A stretch of DNA of 64,000 nucleotides from an uncultured Candidatus Saccharibacteria bacterium (GCA_964543385.1 CAZIYE010000002.1:34-64033); one strand, 5' to 3'; numbered from the stretch's first letter, positions 15,915 to 26,437 are shown. The notes: generated by a model not told the origin, from the sequence alone. Numbers and translations: made by a program.

Positions 15915-16657
15915 CATTTCTGTACATTCTTATTGCTTCGTTGCTAATCAGTTCGTGTGCTCTTATCGGTGTTTTTACCATGAGCATGAAAGAGAAATTT
16001 CTAAATAAGATTCTACTAAAACTGGTGGCTCTTTCGTCCGGCGCTCTTTTGGGCGGTGCTTTTATTCACTTGATGCCCGAAGGAATTGAAAAGTTTGGCA
16101 ACAACGAGAAGTTTTTCTTTGTAATACTTATTTCTCTTTTGGTTTATTTGCTTATCGAGAAAATCCTCCACTGGCGGCATTGCCATGCTGGCGGCGATTG
16201 CCCGATCCATTCATTCGGCTACATGAACCTTCTGGGCGACGGAGTTCATAATTTCATTGACGGTCTGATTATTGCCTCATCTTTTATGGTAAGTATTCCT
16301 CTTGGTATTACCACCACAATTGCGATAGCTCTTCATGAAATTCCCCAGGAGGTTGGAGACTTTGGCGTGTTGCTTTACGCAGGCATAGAGAAGAAGAAGG
16401 CTTTATTGTTAAATTTTTTAGTCGCACTAACTGTTGTTGCTGGAGCAATCACGGGATGGTTTTTGCTATCTCATATTGAGAACATCACCAGTTTCCTTTT
16501 GCCTGTTGCGGCAGGCGGATTTATCTACATTGCACTTAGCGATATGATCCCAGAGCTTCGCAAAGAACATGACATGAAACAGTTTTTTACCATTTTTGCC
16601 TTCATTTTATTGGGAATCTTGCTTATGCTCGCAACAAAAATGTTGGGAGGAGAATAG
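15911..16657 (+). CDS. ZIP-family divalent metal (zinc) transporter
   Basis: HNFIDGL and HEIPQEVGDFGVL motifs characteristic of ZIP/ZupT transporters. Confidence 0.8.
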   Translation: MTFLYILIASLLISSCALIGVFTMSMKEKFLNKILLKLVALSSGALLGGAFIHLMPEGIEKFGNNEKFFFVILISLLVYLLIEKILHWRHCHAGGDCPIHSFGYMNLLGDGVHNFIDGLIIASSFMVSIPLGITTTIAIALHEIPQEVGDFGVLLYAGIEKKKALLLNFLVALTVVAGAITGWFLLSHIENITSFLLPVAAGGFIYIALSDMIPELRKEHDMKQFFTIFAFILLGILLMLATKMLGGE

Positions 16658-16663
16658 GAAATT

Positions 16664-17164
16664 ATGACTAATACTAAGATTTTTATAATCGTTGCTGCTC
16701 CCATAGTTGTCTTTTCTGGAATAATAATATTTGCTTCGGCAAAAAATACTGATTCAGCGAAAGACAATTCAACATTGGTTAGCTCAATTAACGAAAATCC
16801 GAATGGGAATGTGCTTGGTGCCAATACCAATGACGAATCAATTTCAGCAAGCAACATTTACAAAAAGATAAGTATTGCTGAAGCCCAAAGCTTAATAGTG
16901 GAAAAAAAGGATAATCAGAATTTCAAAATACTCGATATCCGTACCAAAGAAGAGTTTATTTCGGGAAATATTGACGACTCAAATAATATTGACTTCTATG
17001 GTGAATTTGAGCAGGAAATATCAAAACTTGATAAGAATATTTCATACTTAATCTATTGCCGGAGCGGCAACAGAAGCGGTCAAGCGATGGAAATATTTAA
17101 GAGGCTAGAATTCAAGGAAGTATATGATTTGGAGGGTGGATATAGCGCATGGCTGAGTTCGTAG
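16664..17164 (+). CDS. rhodanese-domain sulfurtransferase with N-terminal membrane anchor
   Basis: ILDIRTKEEF...YCRSGNRSG active-site Cys loop...GGYSAW. Confidence 0.75.
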   Translation: MTNTKIFIIVAAPIVVFSGIIIFASAKNTDSAKDNSTLVSSINENPNGNVLGANTNDESISASNIYKKISIAEAQSLIVEKKDNQNFKILDIRTKEEFISGNIDDSNNIDFYGEFEQEISKLDKNISYLIYCRSGNRSGQAMEIFKRLEFKEVYDLEGGYSAWLSS

Positions 17165-17895
17165 CAAAAAATTTACCGGTATTGCTTTTAGCCTTTTTGT
17201 CAGGACTAGCTACTTTGCTGGGTGTATTTCTTGGGAGTCGTGGAAAGAAAACGGTTATCCATATTTCATTTGGCACCGCTTTTGCTGCTGGGATTATGGT
17301 CTTGATATCGCTTTTCGAACTAATTCCAGGAGCGTATAATAATATCCAACTCAAATCATTATTATGGGTAGCAATAGGAGCCGGATTGGTCTGGGGTATA
17401 AACAAAATTCTTCCCCATCTTCATTCTGTTAATGCAATTGAAGACTGTGATGCCAAATGTATGGTGCGAATGTCATACCTTTTAGCGATAGGACTAATAC
17501 TTCATGACTTCCCTGAGGGTTTTGCAATCCCGAGCTCATTTGAGTCATCGAAAGATCTCGGTTTTTTACTCGTAGCCGCGACTTTCATTCATAATATTCC
17601 CGAAGGATACGTCTTAACGGTTGCATCAGCCAAATACAAAAGCAGCAAATTTTTCTATAAATCAGCATTATTCTCTGGTATATCGACTCTTTCAGGGGCA
17701 ATTCTTGGAGTAATCTTGATACACTACTTTTCCTTTTTAAATCCGATATTTCTCTCAATAGCAGCAGGGGCTATGCTCTTTATCTCATTTCATGAATTAA
17801 TTCCAACTTCGCTAAGAAATGGCAGGAAAAGAGTGCTCGCAACCGGATTATTCACTTCTGTCTTGTTGTATTTTCTATTAGAAATAGCCTTTTAG
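17149..17895 (+). CDS. ZIP-family metal transporter (second copy, ZupT-like)
   Basis: HDFPEGFAI and HNIPEGYVL motifs; 8 predicted TM helices. Confidence 0.8.
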   Translation: MAEFVAKNLPVLLLAFLSGLATLLGVFLGSRGKKTVIHISFGTAFAAGIMVLISLFELIPGAYNNIQLKSLLWVAIGAGLVWGINKILPHLHSVNAIEDCDAKCMVRMSYLLAIGLILHDFPEGFAIPSSFESSKDLGFLLVAATFIHNIPEGYVLTVASAKYKSSKFFYKSALFSGISTLSGAILGVILIHYFSFLNPIFLSIAAGAMLFISFHELIPTSLRNGRKRVLATGLFTSVLLYFLLEIAF

Positions 17896-18024
17896 ATAAA
17901 TTATTCGGTCGTCAAAATATTCATTTTTGGCAGCTAAAGTCTTTATCTATTACTTTTTTAAATTTTGTTTGTCTTAGTTGGTTGTGGTAAAATCAACATA
18001 GAAACATTATTAACGGAGGGAAAA

Positions 18025-18657
18025 ATGGACTCAAGTAAAAAGGTATTTTTCTGGATACTGGGGATTATCTTGTTTTTAGCTTTGGCAGCAATTTCTGTTT
18101 ATGCATATAATCAAAGTAAAGATCTGAAAAACAAAGAGAACGAAATCAGTACTCTGGAGAGCCAAGCGCAAACACAGAGTCAAGCCGAGCCAACAACAGC
18201 TGAAAATTGTACCGGAGATAGCTGTCTGTCTGTTGAGGGCCTAGAATATCCTGCCGGACAATTGCCAACCGAAGTATCAAATGCAGTTAAGTCGGCACTT
18301 GATGATGAATATAAAGCATATTCTGTCTATGATGCTGTGATTGCAAAAATTGGGTCAGTTAGACCATTTTCGATGATTATCCGAGCAGAAGAAAGCCATA
18401 TTGCCTCATTAAAATCAATACTGGACAAGTATGGTGAAACTATTCCCGCCAATCCATATGCTGGGAAAGTTACGGTTAAAGATACGCTAAAAGAAAATTG
18501 CCAAATCGGGGTCGATGCAGAAATTGCCAATGTTGCGCTGTATAAAGACCAGCTCCTGCCAAAAGTTGCAACATACTCTGACATCACTTCAGTCTTTAAC
18601 AATTTGATGAATGCTTCTAATGATAAACATTTGCCATCTTTCGGAAAATGCAATTAA
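18025..18657 (+). CDS. secreted ferritin-like domain protein (DUF2202-like)
   Basis: Signal/TM then DDEYKAYSVYDAVIAKIGSVRPFSMIIRAEESHIASLKSILDKYG pattern of DUF2202 ferritin-like proteins; ATG 18025 preceded by GGAGGG. Confidence 0.5.
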   Translation: MDSSKKVFFWILGIILFLALAAISVYAYNQSKDLKNKENEISTLESQAQTQSQAEPTTAENCTGDSCLSVEGLEYPAGQLPTEVSNAVKSALDDEYKAYSVYDAVIAKIGSVRPFSMIIRAEESHIASLKSILDKYGETIPANPYAGKVTVKDTLKENCQIGVDAEIANVALYKDQLLPKVATYSDITSVFNNLMNASNDKHLPSFGKCN

Positions 18658-18713
18658 TGCGCAGGCAAAAAGCAAAGAGATAGAAAGATTAACAACTTAG
18701 AAACTGGAGGAGG

Positions 18714-19487
18714 ATGAACAAAATCATAGCTTTTTTAGCAATAGCGTTGCTACTGCCGACCATTGCAATTGCTGCTAATACATCTGCGGGACAAAACGGA
18801 AATAGCGGTTCTAGCGATTCTGGCAGCATAAGTTCCAACCAAGATGATTCCGGTTCCGTGACAAATAGTACCACAACTAGTCAAACTAACAGTAATGGAA
18901 ACGCAAGCTCAACAAGTTCCAACCAAACTCAAAATCAGAACCAGGTTCAGACACAAACAAATAACCCTGGCGTGGGAACAATGACTCAGGAGCAGATAGA
19001 AGCGAGAATCACTGAGCAAATTCAGGAAAGCAAGCCAACCTATACGCCAAGAAACGAGCAGGCAACGGCCAGGATGAGTACTGTTGCAACTGCGGCAGAA
19101 GAATTGATTCGAGTATCTAATAGAGTTGAAAATCAAGGTATCGGTGACCAGATTAGAACAATCGCCCAGACTCAAGCCAAGAACCAAGACAAAATCAACC
19201 AATCAATCGATAAGGCGGAAAAAAGAACCGGTTTTGCGAAGTTTTTTATCGGTGATAACTATAAGGAACTAAAAGTTGCCAAGCAATCAATGCAAGAAAA
19301 CCAAGAAAAAATAAGAGAATTAAAAACTCTAATGGATCAAGTTGGAACCGATGCGGACAAGTTTGTAATCGCGAATCAGATAATGACATTGCAGGAGCAG
19401 AATCTTGCAACCAGAGATCAAATCGAAGAGACAGATGGTGGATTTAGCCTATTTGGCTGGATAAATAGATGGTTTAATAAATATTAA
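18714..19487 (+). CDS. secreted Ser/Thr/Asn/Gln-rich low-complexity protein with C-terminal coiled coil (hypothetical)
   Basis: Signal peptide MNKIIAFLAIALLLPTIAIAA, long S/T/N/Q tract, SD GGAGGAGG upstream. Confidence 0.6.
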   Translation: MNKIIAFLAIALLLPTIAIAANTSAGQNGNSGSSDSGSISSNQDDSGSVTNSTTTSQTNSNGNASSTSSNQTQNQNQVQTQTNNPGVGTMTQEQIEARITEQIQESKPTYTPRNEQATARMSTVATAAEELIRVSNRVENQGIGDQIRTIAQTQAKNQDKINQSIDKAEKRTGFAKFFIGDNYKELKVAKQSMQENQEKIRELKTLMDQVGTDADKFVIANQIMTLQEQNLATRDQIEETDGGFSLFGWINRWFNKY

Positions 19488-19598
19488 ATAAAAATTAGTG
19501 AAATAGATCATTTTCGGACTAAACACTATTTCATCAACTGGTGATGAAATAGTGAAAAAGGATAGTCAGCATTGTATTCAATAATAAATTTGATATAT

Positions 19599-19817
19599 AT
19601 GAATAGCGAAAATGCCGATAAAATTTTAAAAGATCTGGGTAGTAGAATAAAAAAAGCCCGATAAGAGATCGGTCTAACCAAAGCGGAAGTCGCAAAAGCG
19701 GTTGGCATGCATGTCAATTATTATACACAGATCGAGCGAGGCGAGGTAAACCCTTCTTGCGAGAAACTTCAAGCCATCGTAAAAGTGATCAAGCTGAAAA
19801 CGCTTGATATGTCTTAG
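19599..19817 (+). pseudogene. XRE-family HTH regulator paralog interrupted by an in-frame TAA (19672-19674)
   Basis: Translates MNSENADKILKDLGSRIKKAR*EIGLTKAEVAKAVGMHVNYYTQIERGEVNPSCEKLQAIVKVIKLKTLDMS. Collinear with the intact copy at 9035-9247; stop falls where the intact copy has EKAGLTQ. Confidence 0.6.
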
Positions 19818-19856
19818 TTATTTTCATCCGCTCCGTCCTCAAAAGATCTCATAAAA

Positions 19857-19907
19857 TGGTTCAGCCAATCCATGAGGTGTTCGAAACAAATTGCATCGAG
19901 GCTACCA
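19857..19907 (+). repeat. second copy of the conserved arm (TGGTTCAGCCA-n7-AGGTGTTCGAAACAAA) followed by a tRNA-Glu-like 3' end (TCGAGGCTACCA)
   Basis: Same spacing as 9286-9336. 19896-19907 matches the 3' end of tRNA-Glu (TTGAGGCTACCA, 10740-10751) at 11 of 12 positions; lies in the ogt downstream region. Confidence 0.45.
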
Positions 19908-19953
19908 AAATAAAAACTTCATCTTCGGATGGAGTTTTTATTTTGCTTATAGT

Positions 19954-20424
19954 TTATTTTTCTATTTTAAGTAATTTTTGTTTACATTCTTTTCCTGCAG
20001 TGAAGCCTCCTAGTGAACCATCCCTTTTGATTACGCGATGGCATGGTATCAATATACATATCGGATTGTGTGCCACTGCATTTCCAACTGCTCTCACTGC
20101 TTTTGGCTTGCCAATCTTTTTCGCTATTTCGGCATATGTGCTCGTTGAGCAGATAGGTATTTTTGTCAATGCATTCCAAACTTTCTTCTGGAAAAGTGTC
20201 CCCTGAACAGAGATAGCTAAATTGAATTCTGTTCTCTTGCCTAAAAAATATTCCTGAAGTTCAACATTTGCTTGCTTCAATATTGGCTCATCCGAATCTT
20301 GTATCCAGTCGCTTGGCGCAGTATTGAAATAGCGATCTCTCTCTATGTGTAGACCTGTGATATGAATTCCGTCTGTACTGATAATCAATTTTCCGACAGG
20401 TGAGTCAAAAATATTATATTTCAT
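19954..20424 (-). CDS. ogt: methylated-DNA--protein-cysteine methyltransferase (O6-alkylguanine-DNA alkyltransferase)
   Basis: Active-site PCHRV motif and a conserved winged-helix DNA-binding region; 156 aa. Confidence 0.85.
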   Translation of the reverse strand: MKYNIFDSPVGKLIISTDGIHITGLHIERDRYFNTAPSDWIQDSDEPILKQANVELQEYFLGKRTEFNLAISVQGTLFQKKVWNALTKIPICSTSTYAEIAKKIGKPKAVRAVGNAVAHNPICILIPCHRVIKRDGSLGGFTAGKECKQKLLKIEK

Positions 20425-20719
20425 TTATTTTTTTATTCGAATTAGTAGTATAGCGGCATTAATTTTTTGTAATTCATCTTATGAAAAGCATAGCACTCAT
20501 AGGCATTACATTAAAGCATTAATAATATTCACTAAAACTGTTGTACATATTTGCATTTTACTCTAAAAAAATATATAATCGGGGTGTCGATATTCTCACA
20601 AATTTATAAATACTTAATGAACAAAACTTTCTCATATATCAAAATCAAATTCAAAGCTGGGGCGCAAGATCATTTTTGGGCTTAATTTTGTTTTGATCTA
20701 GGGAATTTGGAAGGAGTTG

Positions 20720-22243
20720 ATGATTAACCTAATTTTGACTGCAGTTATATGTCTCGCTGCAGGAGGCGCTGCTGGTTATTTTTTGTATCGAAAAACAGCA
20801 AAAGGCAAAATTGCGAATGCTGAAGAAAAAGTAGAAAAGATAGTAGAGGATGCTAAGACTAAAGCAAAAGAGCTATTGCTTGAGGCAAAAGACGAGGCTA
20901 TCAAAGAGAAAGAGTCTGCCAAGAAGGAATATGATGAGAAATCAAAATCCTTAGAGAAAATAGAAAGTGATCTACGAAGAAGAGAACTAACCATTGATAC
21001 GAGATTTGAAGAAGTCGAGAAAAGCAGAAAAGATTTGACTAAGAAACATGATGAAATCGAAGAGATAAAGCAAACACTCAGAGATTTGAGAAAAAAACAG
21101 GAAGAGAGTCTCGAGAGAATTGCCAAGATGACCAAGGATGATGCTAAAAAAGTCTTGTTAGACTTGGTTGAAAAAGAGGGTAAAGAAGAGCTTGTTAAGA
21201 AAATCAAAGAAGTCGATGAGTATGTACGCGATTCGGCTGACGAGAAGGCAAAGGGAATTATTATTACTGCAATGCAGAGAGTCGCAGCTGAAACTTCAGC
21301 CGAAACTACAGTTTCTACTATTCAAATACCTAGTGATGAGATGAAGGGACGAATCATTGGTCGTGAGGGCAGAAACATTCAATCCTTTGAAAAAGTAACA
21401 GGTGTAGATCTGATCATTGATGACACTCCAGATGCAGTTGTTATCTCTTCTTTTGATCCAGTAAGACGTGAAGTAGCTAGAGTAACTCTTATGGATCTTG
21501 TTACTGACGGACGCATTCACCCTACTAGAATCGAAGAGGCTTTTGAAAAGGCTAAAAAGGTTGTTGCTGCAGATATCAAAAAATCTGGTGAAGAGGCAGC
21601 TTATGAGGTTGGAGTAACCGGATTGCCTACAGAAGTTATTAAAGTTTTGGGTCGTTTAAAATTTCGGACTTCTTTTGGTCAAAATCAATTACAACATGCA
21701 ATAGAGGTATCACGATTAGCCGGTCTTGTTTCTGAAGAAATTGGCGCAAATACTGTCTTGGCTAAAAAGGCTGGACTTTTACATGACTTAGGAAAAGCAG
21801 TCGATCATGAAGTTCCTGGTTCTCACGCAGTGATCTCGGCAGATATTTTGCGAAAATTCAATTTACCTGCAGACCTTATACATGCAGTAGAGGCTCACCA
21901 TGAGGACGTTCCTCTGGAAACAGCCGAGGCTGCTATTATTCAAATTGCAGATGCAATCTCTTCTGCTAGACCTGGTGCTAGGCGAGAATCTTTACAGCTT
22001 CACATCAAGAGACTTCAGGATCTTGAAAGAGTCGCAAATTCATTCCCAGGGGTTGAAAAGGCCTATGCTATTCAAGCTGGTAGAGAGGTTAGAATTTTAG
22101 TAAAACCAGAAGATGTAGATGACTTAACATCTGCAAAGCTTGCTAAAGAAATCGCCAAAAAAGTTGAAGAAGAAGTCCAATATCCTGGTCAAGTTAAGAT
22201 TCAGGTCATACGCGAGGTTCGAGCTGTAGAATATGCCAAGTAG
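20720..22243 (+). CDS. rny: ribonuclease Y (N-terminal TM anchor, coiled coil, KH domain, HD domain)
   Basis: KH motif [28 protein letters not shown] motif LLHDLGK; ~507 aa; SD GGAAGGAG. Confidence 0.9.
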   Translation: MINLILTAVICLAAGGAAGYFLYRKTAKGKIANAEEKVEKIVEDAKTKAKELLLEAKDEAIKEKESAKKEYDEKSKSLEKIESDLRRRELTIDTRFEEVEKSRKDLTKKHDEIEEIKQTLRDLRKKQEESLERIAKMTKDDAKKVLLDLVEKEGKEELVKKIKEVDEYVRDSADEKAKGIIITAMQRVAAETSAETTVSTIQIPSDEMKGRIIGREGRNIQSFEKVTGVDLIIDDTPDAVVISSFDPVRREVARVTLMDLVTDGRIHPTRIEEAFEKAKKVVAADIKKSGEEAAYEVGVTGLPTEVIKVLGRLKFRTSFGQNQLQHAIEVSRLAGLVSEEIGANTVLAKKAGLLHDLGKAVDHEVPGSHAVISADILRKFNLPADLIHAVEAHHEDVPLETAEAAIIQIADAISSARPGARRESLQLHIKRLQDLERVANSFPGVEKAYAIQAGREVRILVKPEDVDDLTSAKLAKEIAKKVEEEVQYPGQVKIQVIREVRAVEYAK

Positions 22244-22332
22244 ATATTAAACAACAGATGACGAATATCACTAACTATACTAATCATTGTTATCATTCGT
22301 AATATCTGTCTTATTAGTAATCTGTGATTATA

Positions 22333-23130
22333 ATGAAAAATAAAACAATCAAAATTTTATTTATAGGTGATATTGTTGGAAAGCCTGGTCGCAATGTTGT
22401 TAAACATTTTTTGGCAGAGCTGAAGAATAATGAGAATATTGATTTTGTCATTGCAAATGGTGAAAATCTGTCTGCTGGCAAAGGCATCACCTTCGATAAA
22501 TATGAAGAGATGATTGCGGCAGGTATCGACTATTTTACCTCCGGCAATCATATATGGAATAATCGCGATATCATACCTTATATGAAAGATAATTCTGTTA
22601 AGATACTGAGACCAGCAAATTATCCAAACGATCCTCCTGGATCAGGCTTTGCTAATATAAAAGTTGGGGATACTAAAATAACCATCGCTAATTTAATGGG
22701 ACGAGTTTTTATTCCTGGTCTATTTGATGATCCATTCGCCAAAGGCAAGGAAATCGCTGATGCTAATAAAGATTCAATAATTATAATAGATTTTCATGCT
22801 GAGGCAACCTCGGAAAAAATTGCTCTTGGCTATTATCTTGATGGTCAAGTTGCTGTGGTAATTGGGACTCATACACATGTTCAAACTGCTGATGAAAAAA
22901 TCCTTCCTGGCGGAACCGGGTTTATCTCTGACGTTGGTATGTGCGGCCCGATTAACTCTGTATTGGGCGTCGATAAGGACATTATTGTAAAGGGGTTCTT
23001 GACAGGCCTACCTCAATCGCATAAAGTAGCGGTAGGCAATAGCATGCTGAACGCTTGCGTGATTGAGATTGATATTTCGACCAAGAAAACCTTGTCCATA
23101 AAACGAATATCAGAAATACTGAAAATTTAA
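22333..23130 (+). CDS. ymdB: YmdB-family metallophosphoesterase (2',3'-cyclic-nucleotide phosphodiesterase-like)
   Basis: ILFIGDIVGKPGR...ANGENLSAGKGIT signature; conserved position immediately after rny. Confidence 0.8.
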   Translation: MKNKTIKILFIGDIVGKPGRNVVKHFLAELKNNENIDFVIANGENLSAGKGITFDKYEEMIAAGIDYFTSGNHIWNNRDIIPYMKDNSVKILRPANYPNDPPGSGFANIKVGDTKITIANLMGRVFIPGLFDDPFAKGKEIADANKDSIIIIDFHAEATSEKIALGYYLDGQVAVVIGTHTHVQTADEKILPGGTGFISDVGMCGPINSVLGVDKDIIVKGFLTGLPQSHKVAVGNSMLNACVIEIDISTKKTLSIKRISEILKI

Positions 23131-23164
23131 ATAACATAATCTTCCTCGGAAGGAGGTGAGAAAG

Positions 23165-23437
23165 TTGAATAAAAACGAGCTAATAAATGAAGTTGCTAGG
23201 CGTACAGGTCTTTCTCGCCGTGAAGCTGAGGTTGGTGTCCAAACTATGCTTGATCTCGTCGCAAAAGAGCTTACATCAGGTGGTAAGGTCACATTGACAG
23301 GGTTCGGAACATTTGATGTCGGCAAGAGACGTGAAAGAGCCGGAGTAAATCCTCGAACGGGCAAGCCAATCAAGATCCCTGCTACTAAGATGCCTCGCTT
23401 CAAACCAAGCAAGAATATGAGAGTTAAGGTTAAGTAA
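23165..23437 (+). CDS. hup: HU-family DNA-binding protein (TTG start assumed; ORF track shows GTG 23156)
   Basis: (M)NKNELINEVA...GFGTF...RERAGVNPRTGKPIKIPA HU/IHF fingerprint; SD GGAGGTGAG upstream. Confidence 0.85.
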   Translation: MNKNELINEVARRTGLSRREAEVGVQTMLDLVAKELTSGGKVTLTGFGTFDVGKRRERAGVNPRTGKPIKIPATKMPRFKPSKNMRVKVK

Positions 23438-23450
23438 GATCTAAAACAAA

Positions 23451-23484
23451 CTGCAAAAACCATCATTAATGATGGTTTTTGCAG
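23451..23484 (+). terminator. perfect 34-nt palindromic hairpin (CTGCAAAAACCATCATT/AATGATGGTTTTTGCAG) after hup; bidirectional intrinsic-terminator-like
   Basis: 17-bp perfect stem with a U-run in the 3' arm. Confidence 0.6.
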
Positions 23485-23542
23485 TTAACAGGCTACTAAA
23501 ATTAGACGCAATATGCTAAATTAAGTTAGAGGAAAAATTTTT

Positions 23543-23618
23543 GCCCGCGTAGCTCAGTGGATAGAGCGCCGCCGTCCTAAGGCGGGCGTCGTAGGTCCGA
23601 TTCCTACCGCGGGTACCA
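23543..23618 (+). tRNA. tRNA-Arg (anticodon CCT)
   Basis: Acceptor GCCCGCG/CGCGGGT (G1.U72), anticodon stem CCGCC/GGCGG with loop GTCCTAA, T-arm GTAGG-TCCGATT-CCTAC, CCA encoded. Acceptor and D-arm identical to tRNA-Arg(TCT) at 9458. Confidence 0.9.
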
Positions 23619-23649
23619 TACAACGATTTTTAAATAAATATTTTGAAAG

Positions 23650-24366
23650 ATGGATAAGAAAAAGACTACAAAAGTTATTGCATTAAGGTCTTTAATAGCA
23701 GTCTTGTGTGTTGGCTTTGGTATTCTTGTTTCGGCGCAGCTACGTTCCTTGCCGGATAGGATCTCTAATCCAATAGCGCCCTATATGAGCTTGAAAGAAA
23801 CAAAAGTAGAGCTTTATAGTGAACAAGATCAGCTAAAGGGTGAAATAAAAAAGCTTCAGCAAGAGCTAGGGCAAACTCAGCGAGAGAATGAGGATATCAT
23901 ACTCACAAAGGATGAGATAAGGTCGTTAAATACTCAAAAAACTCTAGCTGGACTAACTAAACTTAACGGTCCTGGCATCATCGTTAAGCTTGATGACAGC
24001 AAAACGGCAAGCCCAACTGAAGAATCAATTATTCACGCTGCTGATTTGCGAGATATAATCAATTTGCTTTGGGGATCTGGTGCTGAAGGTATTGCTATCA
24101 ATAGTCAGCGAATTGTCCTAAGCAGTGCTATCGATTGTATAGTAAATACTATTTTGATAAATAATGTCAGAATAACAACACCTTTTCAGGTAGAGGCAAT
24201 AGGTGATCAGGAGCTAATGATTCTAAATATCAAAAATAAAGATATGCTTCCAAATTTATATGACAGAGTCTCTTCTCAAAATATTATTTTAGAAGTTCAA
24301 AAAAATAACGATATTACAGTTCCTGCGTTCGATGGTTCATTCAGCATTAATTCAGGCGCCAACTAA
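23650..24366 (+). CDS. DUF881-family membrane protein (YlxW/YlxX-like, cell-division associated)
   Basis: N-terminal TM, coiled coil, then GPGIIVKLDDS ... DLRDIINLLWGSGAEGIAINSQRIV ... PFQVEAIGD pattern of DUF881. Confidence 0.7.
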   Translation: MDKKKTTKVIALRSLIAVLCVGFGILVSAQLRSLPDRISNPIAPYMSLKETKVELYSEQDQLKGEIKKLQQELGQTQRENEDIILTKDEIRSLNTQKTLAGLTKLNGPGIIVKLDDSKTASPTEESIIHAADLRDIINLLWGSGAEGIAINSQRIVLSSAIDCIVNTILINNVRITTPFQVEAIGDQELMILNIKNKDMLPNLYDRVSSQNIILEVQKNNDITVPAFDGSFSINSGAN

Positions 24367-24367
24367 T

Positions 24368-25012
24368 ATGTTTAAGAAATCAGATTATCTTATAATCTCG
24401 ATACTCCTATTTTTTCTGGGTATCTTTATAGTTACACAATATAAATCTGGTAAGGAATATATCAAAGCAATCAAGCCAGAGACTAACGAGGTTCTAGCAG
24501 TAGAAGTGTCAAAGCTCACAAAAACCAACTCAGATTTACGCACTCAGGTAAGATCACTAACCCTAGAATTAGATAAATACAAAAACTCCTCTGAATCAAA
24601 AAAGATACTTTATGAAAAGTATACTAAGGATTTAGAAAATTTGAATGTTATCAATGGCTTTTCGCCAAAGACTGGCCAGGGCGTCTTGCTTAAAGTTGAT
24701 GGTAAGATGGCGACCCCACAAATCGTTGATCTTGTTAATGCTATAAGAAATATTGGTTCGGACCTTATCCTGATAAATGAAACAAGAATATTAATTAATA
24801 CAGATCTATCAAAGTTTAAGGATCTTAGCGGTTATAATATTTCTATCTATGGTAATAGTAAAATGCTAAAATCAGCTCTGGAGAGAAGAGGTGGGATAGT
24901 CGAGCAAATTTCGACAAAAGACATGAAAATATCAGTTGAAGAGAAGGATAATGTGACTATCTCTAAAGGAAATAGTATTATTATAAAATATTCTAGATCA
25001 ATAATTAATTAG
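24368..25012 (+). CDS. DUF881-family membrane protein (tandem paralog)
   Basis: Same architecture (TM, coiled coil, GQGVLLKVDG ... VNAIRNIGSDLILINETRI); start moved to the ATG right after the upstream stop. Confidence 0.65.
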   Translation: MFKKSDYLIISILLFFLGIFIVTQYKSGKEYIKAIKPETNEVLAVEVSKLTKTNSDLRTQVRSLTLELDKYKNSSESKKILYEKYTKDLENLNVINGFSPKTGQGVLLKVDGKMATPQIVDLVNAIRNIGSDLILINETRILINTDLSKFKDLSGYNISIYGNSKMLKSALERRGGIVEQISTKDMKISVEEKDNVTISKGNSIIIKYSRSIIN

Positions 25013-25019
25013 GAGGCAA

Positions 25020-26021
25020 ATGACACAGAAAATAAAAGTTGATATATCTGTAGTGTCCGTTTTAAAAATACTAGCAGTATTAGGTACTATTTATCTTCTC
25101 TTTGTCATTAGGGAGGTGATAGTTTTACTATTCATCGTGGCTATTCTAGTTATTACTTTCAGACCTATCGTAAAAAGTTGGTCAAAAGCAATAGGAAAAC
25201 CACTATCAATTTTATCATTGGTACTTATTCTCATACTTTTTATTGCTGGATTCGTTTATGTTATTATTCCACCTCTTGTGGAACAAACTAAACAGCTAGC
25301 CAATGTAATACCAGATTTACTTACACAATCGTCATTTATTCGTGCTCATGTGCCTGAAATAGGAAAGGGTATCTCCACGATTGCTGAAAGTCTTGGCGGG
25401 GTTACCAGTAGCTTTATTTCATTTACGGCCAGTGTGTTCGGCGGAATAGTCTCATTTTTCACAATAATTATATTAACGATCTACTTTTTGGCAGATGAAA
25501 AAATATTCCAAAATTTCAGAGCATTGATTCCAAAACACAAAGAAGGCGATGCCTATGTTTTGATGGGCAAAATCAGTATAAAGATTGGAGATTGGCTGAG
25601 AGGACAATTGTTGCTTGGTTTGATAATAGGTGTGTGTGTTTATATAGGTTTGAGCCTAATTGGTGTTAAATATGCCTTGGTGTTAGCCATTATTTCCGCC
25701 GTTCTGGAAATTATCCCAATTGTTGGTCCCGTTATCTCTGGCGCACTTGCGGCACTAATAAGTTTATCAATATCTCCGCTGACGGCTCTTATCGTGGTTA
25801 TCTTTTATATATTATTATCACAGCTAGAGAATACTCTTATAGTACCTAAAGTTATGCAAAAAGCGGTTGGCTTGCCTCCAGCAATTATAATTATTGCTGT
25901 TTTGATTGGTGGTAAAATCCTTGGTATTATTGGCGCGCTATTGGCTGTACCAATAGCCGCTATACTTTTTGTTGTAGTACAAGAGTGGGGTATCATTAGA
26001 AAGATCACTTCCAAGGAATGA
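25020..26021 (+). CDS. AI-2E (UPF0118) family transporter-like membrane protein
   Basis: ~333 aa, 7-8 TM helices with conserved central motifs of the family; assignment by overall pattern. Confidence 0.6.
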   Translation: MTQKIKVDISVVSVLKILAVLGTIYLLFVIREVIVLLFIVAILVITFRPIVKSWSKAIGKPLSILSLVLILILFIAGFVYVIIPPLVEQTKQLANVIPDLLTQSSFIRAHVPEIGKGISTIAESLGGVTSSFISFTASVFGGIVSFFTIIILTIYFLADEKIFQNFRALIPKHKEGDAYVLMGKISIKIGDWLRGQLLLGLIIGVCVYIGLSLIGVKYALVLAIISAVLEIIPIVGPVISGALAALISLSISPLTALIVVIFYILLSQLENTLIVPKVMQKAVGLPPAIIIIAVLIGGKILGIIGALLAVPIAAILFVVVQEWGIIRKITSKE

Positions 26022-26437
26022 AAACAGAATTTTACAACAAAAAAGCCCGTTTTGATTATGAAATCATCGAATCCATGGAGGCCGGAATTGTCCTAACTGG
26101 TGAAGAAATCAAAGCCATTAGAACAGGGAGAGTCAGTCTCGTCGCTTCATATGCAAAGATAATTAGTGGTGAAGTTTTTTGGCTGGGTGGAAATTTTCTT
26201 GGTATCACAGTACCGGATAGAACCAAAAAACTTCTTTTGAATAAAAGTCAGATAAAAAGCCTGATTGGAAAAATACAGGAAGGAGGAATGACCTTAATTC
26301 CTCTAAAACTTTATCTCAAAAAAGGTAAGGCTAAATTAGAGTTAGGCCTTGGCCGTGGTAAGAAAAAGTATGATAAGAGAGAATCTATAAAACGTCACGA
26401 TCAAGAGCGAGAGGCTGCTCGCAGGATAAAAGTTTAG
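26018..26437 (+). CDS. smpB: SsrA-binding protein
   Basis: KKARFDYEI...GIVLTGEEIKA...KLYLKKGKAKLELGLGRGKKKYDKRE typical SmpB; its partner tmRNA is found at 32348-32735. Confidence 0.9.
   Translation: MKTEFYNKKARFDYEIIESMEAGIVLTGEEIKAIRTGRVSLVASYAKIISGEVFWLGGNFLGITVPDRTKKLLLNKSQIKSLIGKIQEGGMTLIPLKLYLKKGKAKLELGLGRGKKKYDKRESIKRHDQEREAARRIKV

Noticed and set aside
19856-20206. 116-aa plus-strand ORF starting MVQPIHEVFETN
   Set aside because: Only its first ~20 codons correspond to the conserved arm repeated at 9286-9319; the remainder is antisense to the well-supported ogt gene. Treated as a conserved DNA motif, not a gene.
20776-21207. 143-aa Ser/Leu-rich minus-strand ORF
   Set aside because: Antisense to the Lys/Glu-rich coiled-coil region of rny; typical mirror-frame artefact.
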